From positions 47,866,001 through 47,930,000 of the forward strand of contig NC_058368.1 in NCBI RefSeq assembly GCF_018350175.1: DNA of 64,000 nt, in the 5' to 3' direction. This document shows positions 12,120 to 24,806 of this stretch, piece after piece; within the stretch, counting starts at the first letter, position 1; each line of letters opens with the position of its first letter. The position numbers were made by a program, and so were the translations under genes. The DNA is from Felis catus. Its lineage: Eukaryota. Below the pieces are notes generated by a model, which was given only the letters and a program-made list of their open reading frames with translations, searched no databases and had not been told where the DNA came from.

Positions 12120-13680
12120 CTTTCATGTGTTGACTCATCACACAAAATATTTGTACTAAGGCCTAAGGATGCAAGAATGAACAGGACAGACAAGAGACCT
12201 TGCTCTAATGGAACTTACATTCTAAGCAAAGAAGCAAATATAATTAAAAATTGTAATAAAGGCTATAAGGGAAACACACTTGGAGGTCTCCACAGGGTAA
12301 CTCACTTTCTTTGTTTTTACCCAGTGTCATCTAATTTAATGAGGCCTGTCCTGACCCTCCTATTTAAAATTACGACCTGCTCCCTCTGCCTCATTCACTC
12401 CCCATTTCTCTTCTCTTTTTTCTTATCTCCTCTAATGTTCTAACATAATATTCTGACCTAACATACTCTGTATTTACTTAAGACCTAGTATTAAGTTGGA
12501 TATTTTGTTATTACCTGCCATTCCCCTCCAGTAGAATCTCCCTTAAAGGTAGAGACTTTTTCCCCTGTTTTGTCCACCAATATATCTTCCAGTGCTTCAC
12601 ACACAGTAGATGCTTGATAACTATTTATCGAATGACTGAATGAATGAGAAAATATTGAAGGTGATAGGGATCTATCTGAGACATGGAAGCTAGCAATGGT
12701 TTCCTTGAGGACATGAGATTAAAGCACAGATGTGAATAATGAACTAGACTTGAGGAGATAGGGGGGACAAGTGCGTTAGTCAGAAGCAGCAGCAGATACA
12801 TAGAAAGGAGCTTAGAGAGTTCAAGAAACTAAACACAGATCCATGGGCTAGAGCACAGTGAGCTGAGGGTTGAGCAGGCTTGGTAATGTTGGAGAGATAT
12901 GTGGGGGCCAAATTATCTGAGGCCGTGGAGCCCATGGTAAGGAGTTTGGTTTTTTATTCTGGTGTGATGGAAAGTCATTAAATGGTTTTAAAGCAAAGGA
13001 ACTCATGATTTAAATTACATTTTTATGTAGTATTTCTTGAATCCACTCAGTTATTTTCCTTGTCCAAGCCACCTTCACCTCTCACCTGAATTCCATTTCA
13101 TGGGTTTTTCCTCATCCTCCCATGCCCTTCTCTAATCTGTTCCCCACACGGCTGCTCTCATGGTCAAATCTGAAGCCAGTTTCCTGCTAAAACCTGAATG
13201 GCTTCTCAGTACCTTTAAGACAAAGACCCAAGTCTTCTTGAGTCCTCCAAGCCCTGATCATCTGCTTCTCCTGCTCTTCTTGCCCCCAACTCCATCTCTT
13301 TTGTTCATTTCTCCCCAGCCACATTGGCCGTGCTGTAATTTCTGGAACACACCAAGCTTCTTGCTCCTGAGACCCTTCCTGCGAGATCCTCTCCTGCCCC
13401 CTCCATGCCACCTCTTCCCACTTCTAGTTTGTCTAAATGTCACTTCCTCTTGGAGATGTTCCTTGCACGCTCCTCAAGCCATTACTCTGCTTACATGCTC
13501 TCGTTGCACCTTGTACTTTTCTTTGTTGACATTATGTAGGTACTTGGATCATTATTTTTTAATGTCTCTTTCTCTCAAGACTGTAATCTTCTTGGCGGCC
13601 AAGAGTGTGCTTATCTGATTTGCTATCTAGGAGAAAACCCAATTATTGGAGTTTAATATGTATGTACTGACGGATATAAT
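12120..13680. mobile_element. Cluster of L2 fragments in both orientations
   Basis: L2 3' end gtagatgcttgataactatttatcgaatgactgaatgaatga near 12640; antisense ggtaaggagtttggtttttattct...ggaaagtcattaaatggttttaaagca; sense piece at 13030-13680. Confidence 0.6.
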
Positions 13681-13729
13681 GAATTTAATAGAATAGCTTA
13701 AACAAAATACAATTAGATTTGCTTTGTAG

Positions 13730-13768
<39 letters not shown>

Positions 13769-13771
13769 TTT
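13730..13771 (+). repeat. (TTTA)n microsatellite
   Basis: Directly visible. Confidence 0.95.
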
Positions 13772-15460
13772 GTAGACCTTTTATAATCATGCCCATTAGG
13801 TCTCATTCTTTCTGTTCCTTTAGCATCTTATTTTCAGTTTCACAGTACTTTTTCTTCTTTAGTCTAGTCTAGCAGCCTTTCTTTATCCATTGTCTTTCAC
13901 AAGAACATAATGTCCTCTGTTAGGAGTTTTCAGGATCACCTTTCTCCATAAGAGGTGACAGTGCAGTGTCTCCACTTTCTCCCTGCCTTGGGAGCAGGCT
14001 CATTCACTGGGTCTGAGCCACTTCCTCTAACACATATTGCATGGTTCCTTTCCAGAATAGACTGGTGGCTTTACAATGGGCAAGAAAAGTAACTCCTTTT
14101 GGAATTCTTGGTTTTTAACAAAAATCTTCCCCTCCCTGCAATTAAGGGAGAAACTTGACAGTAGGAAGCTACTGTGTGACCTTAGTGCCTCTTATTGGGA
14201 TGTCTCGGGCTCAGACAGAGGGAGTGTCTGTGAGAATCTCTTTAATGAAAAAACTAGACGGGGAAAATGGTGAGTGCAGTATAGCATGATAAGGCCAGGG
14301 TTACCCTTTCCAAGGAGAAAAGTGGAAGTCATTTTAACAGGAGGAATAAGTAGTCCTCACAGAAACTAGATTGGAAGTGGCTTTAACTTTAGTAGCCTTG
14401 GCGAACAGGTATTAAAGCCCCCACCCGCTTCCTTCCTCTTAGTGGGACCTTGCAGGTCAAGGTCCTTCATAAGGAGTCACTAGGAAGCCCACTAGGAAGC
14501 CCACTGGCATCCAGCTCATGTAAAAGAAGTGGCTAGCCAAAAATGGGACCTGCACTGTAAAAAGAGGTGATATATCCTTCAGCAGGGGACTACTAGGCAT
14601 GTCCTACCAGAGAGGATTGTAGGGGGACACAGAGAGGTTGGAAAAGGAGTTAGGCTCCTGTGGGTTAGTTAAGTTAGTTATATGATGGCTTAGCCATCAC
14701 TGTGAGACTTGGCTTCTCAACTGCCACACCCAGCATGGGATGGAGCTCATAATATAGTTTCATGTGATTCTCCCTTTACCCACAAAGCAAGGTTACACAT
14801 GAAATTTGTGTGGCAAAAAGGGCCAGCTCCGGTTTTTAGTGAAGAGCTTTTGACAAAGCCAGAAACAGGGTGAATCAGCCCCCCTCAGCTTCTCTTTTCT
14901 TGTCCTGTGTAATTTTAATCCTCTTATTTGTTTCTGAGCTAATTTTGTCATTTTTAGCTATTTGTCCAAATGAATCCAACCCCCTTAAAAAAGTCAAATT
15001 AGCTTTGTTAATATTTAATGTTTCGTGTCAGGTTTTCTCATTGGATACAGGTGTGTTACAAAAACAGCAACAACATGGCTGACTGCGTGAACCATTGCAA
15101 GCTGCTTTTTCTCAGGAAGGCAGGCATGTGGGTCGGGTGCCCAGGAGATCAGTGGGAATTCTGTTTTAGGGGCTTCTCCATTGTTACATTTGAAGTTCTG
15201 AATAGAAAATTTGTCTATGAGAAGGTAGTGGTTATAGAAAGAAACCCTTAAAATGATTAAATGTTTCAACGAAAGTGTTTTTATTGTAAGATCTGAAAAA
15301 CCGAAGAAAGTATAGCTCATTGGAGTTCACTGTCTAAGAGGAAAAACAGGATAGAACTATTACCAACAAAAGGCTCTTAATCCATTTCTTATTTATTTAT
15401 TTTTGTCTTACATACTTATAGCCATGTGGGGAATACATGATTATTTTAAAATAATTGTTC

Positions 15461-15796
15461 AAGTTGACCCTTGAACAATGCAGAGGTTAGGGGGACTGAC
15501 ATCCTGTGGGGTCAAAAATCCACATAAAATGTTTAAGTCCCCCCAGACTTAACTACAATAGCCTACCATTGACCAGAAGCCTTATGAATAACACAGTCAA
15601 TTAACACATATTTTGTATATGTATTATATACTACATTGCTACAATAAAGAAAGCTAGAGAAAAGAAAATGCTACTAAGAAAATTATGAGGAAGAGAAAAT
15701 ACATTTACAAACCTGTTTTGTATTTGTTGAAAAAAATCTGTGTATAAGTGGACCCGTGCAGTTCAAACTGTTGAACTGTTGTTCAAGGGTCAACTG
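15461..15796. mobile_element. Non-autonomous Tigger2-family DNA transposon (MER8/Tigger2a-like)
   Basis: Perfect 17 bp TIRs agttgacccttgaacaa (15462-15478) and ttgttcaagggtcaact (15779-15795); TA follows the right end. Confidence 0.88.
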
Positions 15797-16753
15797 TATC
15801 TTTAACATAAGTGACTTTTATTTAGCCAAATGTATTGCATACCTTATTTCTGTTTTTGAACACATGTTTAAAACTTGGTTTGTGGTAAAATGGAGCCTTT
15901 CCCCCTAGTGTTATTTGACATGGTGGTAGTTGGACATAAAAAGTAGAATTTTGTATTTTATTTCAATAGAGGACAAAGAAAGATGACTAACTCTCCTTAT
16001 TTGGAGAACAGGAAGTGGTCTGGGAATGAGATCCAAAAACATCAAATTTGTTTGATGTTTCCAGTAGTGATCTGCCTTGATGTGGCTTCTTCAGATGCAA
16101 CTAGAAGAAAAATTGTGACATCCAGAAGGGGTGGGAGAGTTTGAGGAACATTAGTCAACTCCTGTTACCTGAATTTCAGACTCTGAAGTCCCTATTCCCA
16201 GGGTGAATGAATGGTCTTACAGAATCTCTGCAATTATGATTACCTGGAGTAGACTGAGAAAAAGGTTGTCTGAGAAGACCAAGAAGTAGTTGGAGTGGCA
16301 TTTTGAGGATTCCTTCTAAGCCATATAAAATTTTTTGTTTGGTTTCTATAGCCACGTCAACACATCTGGATAGCTGTTCTCGTCTTTCTGCTCTTTGACC
16401 GAACAAGAGAAGCACAGTTTGTGCCTTCCCGATGCCTGCTCATTGGAGCATAATTGGAGATTATTTGATGTTTGCTAAACATAGAAGTCCTGGACTCTAC
16501 ACTGACCAGTGGAATCCAAGTTTTAGAAACTGTGTTTTTAAAAAACTCCCTATATAATTATACAGTAGAGGAGCCAATATAGTGAATGCTTTAGATACTG
16601 ATATTATTACCTGAAGTAGTTTTAATACAAACTAGAACTGATTATTTACAACGTTCTTATAGCCTGTTTCTGCTTATTTAAAGAGTTCTTGATAAAATTA
16701 AAAAATATCATTTATTTGGCTTCCTCTGTTCTTGAGCTAGAACATCCTAGACC

Positions 16754-17322
16754 CATGGTTCTCAAACTTCGTACATCAGAATCATCTGGAGATTTTGTTA
16801 AAATACAGATTTCTGGGCCTCATCCCCAGAGTTTCTAGAGTAGGGTAGGTTTACATTACTTACAAGTTCTCGTCTATATTAGACCACTAGGGCTATCGTA
16901 GCAAAATGATCACCTACTGGGTTGCTTAAACAATAATGTATTTCTTAGGTCCTGGAGACTGGAAGTCCAATATGAAGGTGCTGGCAGCGTTGACTTCTCT
17001 GAGATCTCCCTTCCTGTCTTCCAGATGGCTGCTGTCTTGCTGCCTTTTCACACGGCACTTCCTCCATATATGTACATCCCTGGTGTGTCTGTGTGTTTAA
17101 ATCTCCTCTTCTTGGAAGGATACCATCATATTAGATTAGAGCCCTAATAGCCTCGTTTTTGTTTAATTATGTCTTTAAAGGCCCTACCTCCAAATACAGT
17201 CACATTCTGAGATGCTGGGAACTAGGGCTTCAACACATGAAGTCTGGTGGAGACACAACTCAGTCCATAACACCATGTAATGCTGAGGCCGTAGGTCCAG
17301 ACCCCCACTTGGAGAACCACTG
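16754..17322. mobile_element. MER5A-like hAT fossil split by an MLT1 LTR
   Basis: catggttctcaaact...catcagaatcatctggag at the left and cacttggagaaccactg at the right. Confidence 0.7.
16873..17272 (-). mobile_element. MaLR LTR (MLT1B-like)
   Basis: ctggagactggaagtccaatatgaaggtgctggcag...ccaaatacagtcacattctgagatgctggg...tcagtccataaca. Confidence 0.82.
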
Positions 17323-17983
17323 GACTTGACTGGCGAGATAGGGAAATGGCTTCTGTGAAAACATTTCCCAATCTTGTGAGACAGTTCTTGGCTTTCTACT
17401 CTTTCTAAAAACTTTCTCTTGATAATCTTTTCTACTTCTATGTTTTGATTACTATCTTTGGCAGATAATTTTCCAGTCTGCTGTCTACCACTGTCTCTTC
17501 TCAATGACTTTAAGTTTGTGTCAGATGCCGACCTGGGTGTCTTGCCAGCAATGCACGCTTATATATTCAGACCAGAGTTTATTTTAGTTGTTACAGTCCT
17601 CCCTTCCTCCTGCCTCCTCTGTGTCTGCTCCTGGTGTGACCACTGACTAAGCCGTATACTCTAAATGGACCAGGGAGTCATGTCTGACATTTTCCTTTGC
17701 TTCTCATGTTCATCACTAAATTAGGCAGCATCTACGTCTGCATTTGTCTGTCCCCATCTTCTTTCATTTTCCTTGCATCCAGCCTTATTTGGGTCTCCTC
17801 AATTCTTCCTTGAATATGGCAATAGCCTTCTAGCCGGAATCCCTTCTTTTAATCTGTTTTTCCTTTCACGAATACCATCTACTGTTTTAGAGTAATCTTC
17901 CTAGAGCATAATTCTAATAAAAAGCACTAAGTGTTTCCCAGTGCCTGTTCAATAAACGACATGCCTACCTAAATAAAATTCCG

Positions 17984-19296
17984 GGTTCTGTTATAAGAAG
18001 AAGAGGTGGTGAGTAACAAGCTATCAGTCTCTGCCAGTCTGCTCCACTTACTCCCCAAGTAGGCATGTGCCCCTTTCCTCTCATATGTAGACCCCTTCCC
18101 CAGTGGAGACTCCTCAAAATGCAACACAGTTATAGTCTCCAGCTTAAGGTTAAGGATCTCTTCCTGTGTGCAGTCAGCTTCCTCAGAACCCAGGGTGGAT
18201 CATTATGATCTGGCACAAAATTTCTGCCTGTCATACCCAATATTCACGAGCAGAGTAGGAACATAATGACTACAGTATAACTTCCATGCAGAAAAGGAGA
18301 AAATCAAGCACTAGGCCGCAACAACTTTTAAATCATGTTGGGCCAGAATAGTGACAACTCCAGCCCAGGCAGTGGAGTGATGTCCATGGTTATTGTCCTT
18401 AACACCCCATGGCTTTGTGCTCTGGAATGCTCTTCCTGGTCCATTCTCCTCAATGGTCTTTCCAAGGTAGGCATGAGAAAGTAGACTCTTCTTGGGGCCT
18501 ATGTTCCTAGTCCACCCTTTTGGGAGGTTAAGTTTGAGGACACAGAAATTGTTTTAGAGATTGGACCGTCATGATGCTGTTGGCTAGGCATCGGGGTTCA
18601 TTAGCAATACAATTCCCTAAAAACCAAAGGGGGCTTCCAGTTTACTTGCTGCCATTCCGTTCCATGTGTGAGTAACCAGAATCAGAGATCTTGTCTTGAT
18701 AAGGTTGTTGAGGCTAAAGATGTACTACCTACAGGCTTCTGTGCTTTGCCAACTCCCCCTCCCCCAGATTAACTTGAGACTCTTTGGAAAAATAGGCATG
18801 GTAGCCCTTGTAATTAACTGCTTCCACATTTGACAGAAAAAAACTCTTGAAGGAAGTACTTGAAAGAGGCACGGGCCATGGTCTTATCTCCTATGAGGGC
18901 TGCTTTTGCTCCTGCTTCTGGCCATGGCTTACAATAGCTTCGCTTTGAAGTAAGGAAGTAGTAAGTTTTTCCAGCCTGAAAAGGCTCCAAATTAGACTCT
19001 CTGTTAACTTAGTCTGTGAGCTATTGACTCTGCTGGCAGACTGGCTAGCTCTAGCCCAGGTTCGCCTCTTTTGTAGGATATTATCGACAGTGTCAAGAAT
19101 CAGCCAACACACGCCACATTCTAAAAATCTCATGCCACTTTCCGGGCACCTGGGGGGCTCAGCCGGTTAAGCTTCTGGCTCTTGGTTTCAGCTCAGGTCA
19201 TGATCTCACAGTTTGTGAGTTTAAGCCACATGTCAGTGCAGAGCCTGCTTGGGATTCTCTCTCTCCCTCTCTCTCTCTGCCCCTTCCCTGCTCGTG

Positions 19297-19334
<38 letters not shown>

Positions 19335-20021
19335 ATAAATACCAAAATAAAATAAATAAAAATCTTGCACAATTTTCATTAATGCCACAAGCCTTTGTAC
19401 CTTCTAGTGTTCTGCTAGTCACTATTTTACCAGGATGCCAGCTCTCCAGGCTGCAATAGTTTTGTCCTTGTTGATGCCACTCAACCATCTCCTTTAAACG
19501 AATCCCACATTTTAGCTATGCAGCAGCCCCCTTTTGTTATCAACATCTATATTAGTTATGGTTAAGTTTGGGTGCATGTGTCAGTGGCTTAAATGATGCA
19601 TGTTTATTTCTCTTCCAGTAAAAGAGTTTTGGGGGAGGCAGTCTAGAGCTGGCATAGAAGCTCTGTGATATCATTAGTGTTTTAGGATCTTCTAGCTTTC
19701 CTCTTCATTTGCCTAGAGTGAGGGCATTGATCATAAGGTTCAAGACAGCTGCTGGAATTTCCAGCGTCACATCCATTTTTCATACACAAAGGTATAGGAA
19801 GAGGGAGAAAAAGAGTGTACCCTTTATCTCTCATTGAGATTTTCTGGGCATTCTATACTATATTATAATTGAATGGTCACGATTTAGAGATCTAGCTTCA
19901 AGGGAGGCTGGGAGATATGGTCTTATAGAGGGGTAAGATGTATCTGGCCATTTATCAAGGTTCTGTTATTAAAGCAAAGGGGAAAGTGGATGTTGGGTAG
20001 GAAACTAACATCTTCTGTCAC
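17984..20021 (-). mobile_element. MaLR proviral remnant: partial LTR, internal region and MLT1J-like LTR (~19547-20021)
   Basis: LTR end ggttctgttat...tctgcca/tctgtca occurs near both 17990-18036 and 19960-20021; MaLR internal/LTR junction gcagcagcccc...atcaacatc|tatattagtt near 19547. Confidence 0.6.
19144..19362 (+). mobile_element. Can-SINE inside the MaLR internal region
   Basis: Head gggcacctggggggctcagccgg, (CT)n, A-rich tail. Confidence 0.9.
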
Positions 20022-20503
20022 TAGTAAGCGTACAAGTATTTATAAAACAGGGTAAACAGTTTCACACGCCTCAAGGGAGCTTCAGGTAGGTTTCAGTGTG
20101 AATTCAGTGGGGACAGCTGGCCTCCAGATACACACACAGTGGGGGACTTTTGAAAGGAGATAGAGCTTGAACTCATTCTTTGAGTGGGAGAAAAGTAGGA
20201 CATTAAAGCTGGAAAGGACAAGGCACTCAGTTTCGGGATCTGGCAAGTGTGGGATGAATGCAGAAATTTTGTGCCCTAGTGCCTTATTTGCCTAACCCGA
20301 GTCCCAGCCCTGGACTAGGATAAAAGATACATGAAGGAAGCTGGTGGTAAGCAAGGGTGGGATGTTGGCTTTACTAATTTCATGTAAAGAAACAGAAGGC
20401 TGCTCCCACATATGCCAAGAAGGAAGCATCGTAGGCCAGCTCCACATGACAGTCTGGCAATCCTTCAACCAAAGGAAAAGTTTGTTGTTAACTAGCAGAA
20501 TTC

Positions 20504-20705
20504 TTTTTTTTTTTTTAAGTTTATTTATTTTTGACAGAGACAGAGTGTGAGCATGAGCTGGGGAGGGGCAGAGAGAGAAGGAGACACAGAATCCGAAGCA
20601 GGCTCCAGACTCCAAGCTGTCAGCACAGAGCCTAGTATGGGGCTCGAACTCACAGACCATGAGATCATGACCTGGGCCCAACTGACTGCGCCATTCAGGC
20701 ACCCC
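20504..20705 (-). mobile_element. Can-SINE
   Basis: 16 bp TSD aactagcagaattctt. Confidence 0.93.
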
Positions 20706-21419
20706 ACAACTAGCAGAATTCTTATAGATCATGCACCAAAGACAAATCACATTCATTCTGGCATGGTCATTCTGAGATTCTGAGTAGTGTTTTAGTCATT
20801 TCATGATTAGACCCACATCAGATCCTGACAGGAGGAAACACTCAAGACATTTTGCTATGATGTTACTATAACCAACGCTGCCTGTAAAGTCACACAAAAT
20901 GAGGATTGTGGGAAGGCCCCAGCATTCTTCCTGTGTGGGCTTGTGGAGCACACACTCACACTGGTCAGTGGGAGTGATACTTCATTTTCCCACCTATCCA
21001 GGGAGGGAGGACATGTGAACACACTAGTGTTCTGAATTACCCTAGTCTGAGAGTAGCTTGGCTCACGTGTGTTGCATATGAAAGCAAGTGATTACAAAAG
21101 CCTTTAATAAAAGAGGTAAGTTGGGAAATGTGAGAAGTTGGTTATGCTGCGTGGTTACAATATCATGAAAGCAATAAACGCCACGTCACCTCTTACCTAA
21201 CCTCTGTAGTTGAGAAATCAGAGTTCTAGGCTTAGAATTCCTGTAACCACACATTTTTTGACCCTGATTCTCCTTCCAAGAACAGTTAAGGATATTGGAA
21301 ATTCCATACATTAGTTGATCCACCTGCAGTTCTCTGGTAGAGAGGGGTTGCTTAGAGAAAACAAATCTACTTTCTAGATGCCGACCTCTTGCCATATATT
21401 ATCTCATAAAGCTCTTTGT

Positions 21420-22235
21420 TCTTACCTCTAATTATAGATAGAAGAAATGGAAGTTTATAGAGATGTTATTTTTCTTGTTCAGTTGTCATCTTGCTTATGT
21501 TGGAAAATGATCTCAGATGAGAACTCACTTCCTCTTAAAAGTAACATCTTTGGGCAACTTTGAGCATAAGAAAGTTATTTTTTTATGTTTGATCCAAAAG
21601 TTAATTCCATGTAACTTCTGCTAACTGGTCTTAATTCTATCCCTACTACTAAGGGCCTTAAAATATGCAAAAATAGCTATCATGTTTGCAAGTTTTTCTT
21701 ATCTCTGGATTAAAAATGCAAATTCTTTATGTGGTATGATTTCAAACTTCTTCCTCACTGGGCTTGCTGTTCTCTGTATATATTACAGTTTGTCTATAAG
21801 CTTTAAAGAACTGAACACAGAAATCCACCTGTGGATTTCTAAATGCATATGCAGAAGGGAGCTGCCACCTCCCCCATGTTAGGCTTCTATTAATGGAAGC
21901 TAGGAATTTATTACATTTTTAGGGTGTCAGAGAGGAGACATTAATATTTTATAGTTGATATCCATTAAATACACTTCTGACAAAGTCTGGAATTCTTTTT
22001 TTTTTTTTTTTTTTACATTTACTCTTATTACCCCTTGTTACCTCTATACTCTATTTCTGCAGGTGATTTTATTGGATGCAAACACAAGCCTTACATTTGT
22101 CACTGTTAAATAACATTTTATTAAGTTCAATCCAGTACTCCAGGTGCTTAAGATCTTTTTGAAGATTGGTCTTGCTATCCATGGTACTCACTGTTACTTC
22201 TAGCTTCATTTCGTCAGCTGATTTGAAAGCCTGTA
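21420..22235 (-). mobile_element. L3/CR1 LINE relic, continuing briefly after 24095
   Basis: ttacatttgtcactgttaaataacatttt...aagatctttttgaag...cttctagcttcatttcgtcagctgatttga, CR1-like antisense. Confidence 0.55.
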
Positions 22236-22239
22236 TCTA

Positions 22240-24095
22240 TTTTTTTAACTTATTTTTAAAAATTTATACCCCAGTTCGTTAGCATATAGTGCAGTAATGA
22301 TTTCAGGAGTAGAATCCAGCGATTCGTCCCCAACATGCAACATGCAGTGCTCATCCCAGCAAGCGTCCTCCTTAATGCCTCATTTAGCCCATCCCCCTGC
22401 CCACAACCCCTCCAGCAACCCTCAGTTTGTTCTCTGTATTTAAGAATCTCTTATGTTTTGTCCACCTCCATGTTTTTGCTTCCCTTATGTTCATCTGTTT
22501 TGTATCTTAAATTCCACGCATGAATGAAGTCATATGATATTTGTCTTTCTCTGACTAATTTTGCTTAGTGTCATACACTCTAGTTCCATCCATTGCTGCA
22601 AATGGCAAGATTTCATTCTTTTTGATCACCAAGTAATATTGCACCATTGCATATATATACCACTTCTTCTTTATCCATTCATCAGTGGATGGACATTTGG
22701 GCTCTTTCCATACTTTGGCTGTTGTTGTTAGTGCTGCTATAAACATGGGGGTGCATGTGTCCTTATGAAACAGCATACCTGTATCCCTTGGATAAATACC
22801 TAGTAGTGCAATTGCTGGGTCATGGGGTAGTTCTATTTGTGATTTTTTGAGGAACCTCCATACCGTTTTCCAGAGCAGCTGTGCTAGTTGTCTTTCCCAT
22901 CAGCAGTGCAACAGGGTTCCCCTTCCTCCGCATCCTCACCAACATCTGTTGCTGCCTAAGTTGTTAATGTTAGCCATTCTGACAGGTGTGAGGTGGTGTC
23001 TCAGTGTGCTTTTGATTTGTATTTCCCTGATGCTGAGTGATGTTGAGCATCTTTTCATGTGTCTGTTAGCCATCTGGATGTCTTCTTTGGAGAAGTGTCT
23101 ATTCATGTTTTTTGCCCATCTCTTCACTGGATTATTTGTTTTTTGGGTGTTGAATTTGATAAGTTCTTTTTTTAAAAAATATTTTTAATGTTTATTTATT
23201 TCTGAGACAGAGAGACAGAGCATGAGTAGGGGAAGGACAGAGAGAGAGGGAGACACAGAATCTGAAGCAGGCTTCAGGCTCTGAGCTGTCAGCACAGAGC
23301 CCGACGTGGGGCTTGAACTCATGGACTGTGAGATCATGACCTGAGCCGAACTCAGTCGCTCAACTGACTGAGTCACCCAGGTGCCCCAAATTTGATAAGT
23401 TCTTTATAGATTTTGGATACTAGCTCTTTATTTGACATGTCATTTGTAAATATCTTCTCCCATTCTGTTTGGTGCCTTTTAGTTCTGCTGATTATTTCCT
23501 TTGCTATGCAGAAGTTTTTATTATGATGAGGTCCAAATAGTTCACTTTGTTTCCCTTCCCTCTGGAGACGTGTTGAGTAAGAAGTTTCTGCAGCCGAGGT
23601 CAAAGAGGTTTTTGCCTGCATTCTCCTCTAGGATTTTGATGGCTTCCTGTTTTACGTTTAGGTCTTTCATCCATTTTGAGTTTATTTTTGTGTATGGTGT
23701 AAGAAAGTGGTCCAGGTTCATTCTTCTGCAGTTTGCTGTCCAGTTTTTCCAACACCACTTGCTGAAGAGACTGTCTTTATTCCATTGGATATTCTTTCCT
23801 GCTTTGTCGAAGATTAGGTGATCATACATTTGAGAGTCCATTTCTGGGTCCTCTCTTCTGTTCCATTGATCTACGCATCTGTTTTTGTGCCAGTACCATA
23901 CTGTCTTGATGATTACAGCTTTGTAATACATCTTGAAGTCTGGAATTGTGATGCCTCCAGGTTTGGTTTTCTTTTTTCAGGATTTCTTTGGCTATTTGGG
24001 GTCTTTATTGGTTCCATACAAATTTTAGGATTGTTTGAGCTCTGTGAAGAATGCTGGTGTTATTTTGATAGGGATTGCATTGAATATGTAGATTG
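22240..24095 (-). mobile_element. 5'-truncated carnivore L1 (ORF2 C-terminal part and 3' UTR), frameshifted
   Basis: ORF fragments [41 protein letters not shown] and CTPMFIAAL..WKEPKCPSTDEWIKK; approximate TSD tgaaa(g/a)c(c/t)tgt(a/g)tct. Confidence 0.95.
23167..23387 (-). mobile_element. Can-SINE nested in L1
   Basis: TSD aatttgataagttcttt. Confidence 0.95.
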
Positions 24096-24599
24096 TGAAA
24101 ACTTGTGTCTTCTAACCAAGGACAACTGATAAACAGGGTGGAGATCTGACCAGTCATTGGCACTCCCCTCTTGCTGGCATTGTTCCAGCACTAGGAGACC
24201 ACTTCCCAGCACCCACCATTCAGGTGACCGATTTTTCTTGTGTTCCTTTTTGCACCTAGATCCATATTTGTAATATTTCCCCTTCAGCAATGCCATAAAG
24301 TCATCACTTAATATTATAAGTTCTATATGCTTTTCAAGGTCTAATTCAAACTCCTACATGAAGTCTGCTCTGACCCACTGTGGTTCTCCCATTTCAAATT
24401 CCCTTTACCTAATTTGATTCTTTATATCCAGCCTCCATTGATTTTCTGTGAATGTAAACTCCATCTTCACCTCCATCCCATGAAGGTAAGACCATGTTAT
24501 TTATTATCCTCTAGCATCTGGTTAATACATTGTCAGACTGGGAGTAGTGTTCAATTGTTACTCGCTTTTGATTGATTAAGCCAGCACTTCTAAGTAACA

Positions 24600-24806
24600 A
24601 ATGGTTTTGTCCACCTCCTCCTCTCTCCCCAGGGAACATTCAGCAATGTCTGGAGACATTTTGGTGGTCCCAACTGGGGATGCTACTGGCGTCCAGTGGG
24701 TAGAAGCCAGGGGTGCTGCTAAACATCATAAAATGCACTGGACATCCCCCCCCCACACACACCAAATAACCCAAGATGTCAGTAGTGCTGATATTGAATA
24801 ACCATT
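24600..24806 (+). mobile_element. MER20 (hAT-Charlie)
   Basis: ccccagggaacattcagcaatgtctggagacattttggt...tgctactggcgtccagtgggtagaagccagggg. Confidence 0.85.

Noticed and set aside
13160..13618. 152 aa Leu/Pro-rich ORF
   Set aside because: Lies in a decayed L2
23542..23931. L1 ORF2 peptides as a functional CDS
   Set aside because: Truncated, frameshifted and SINE-interrupted; recorded as mobile elements
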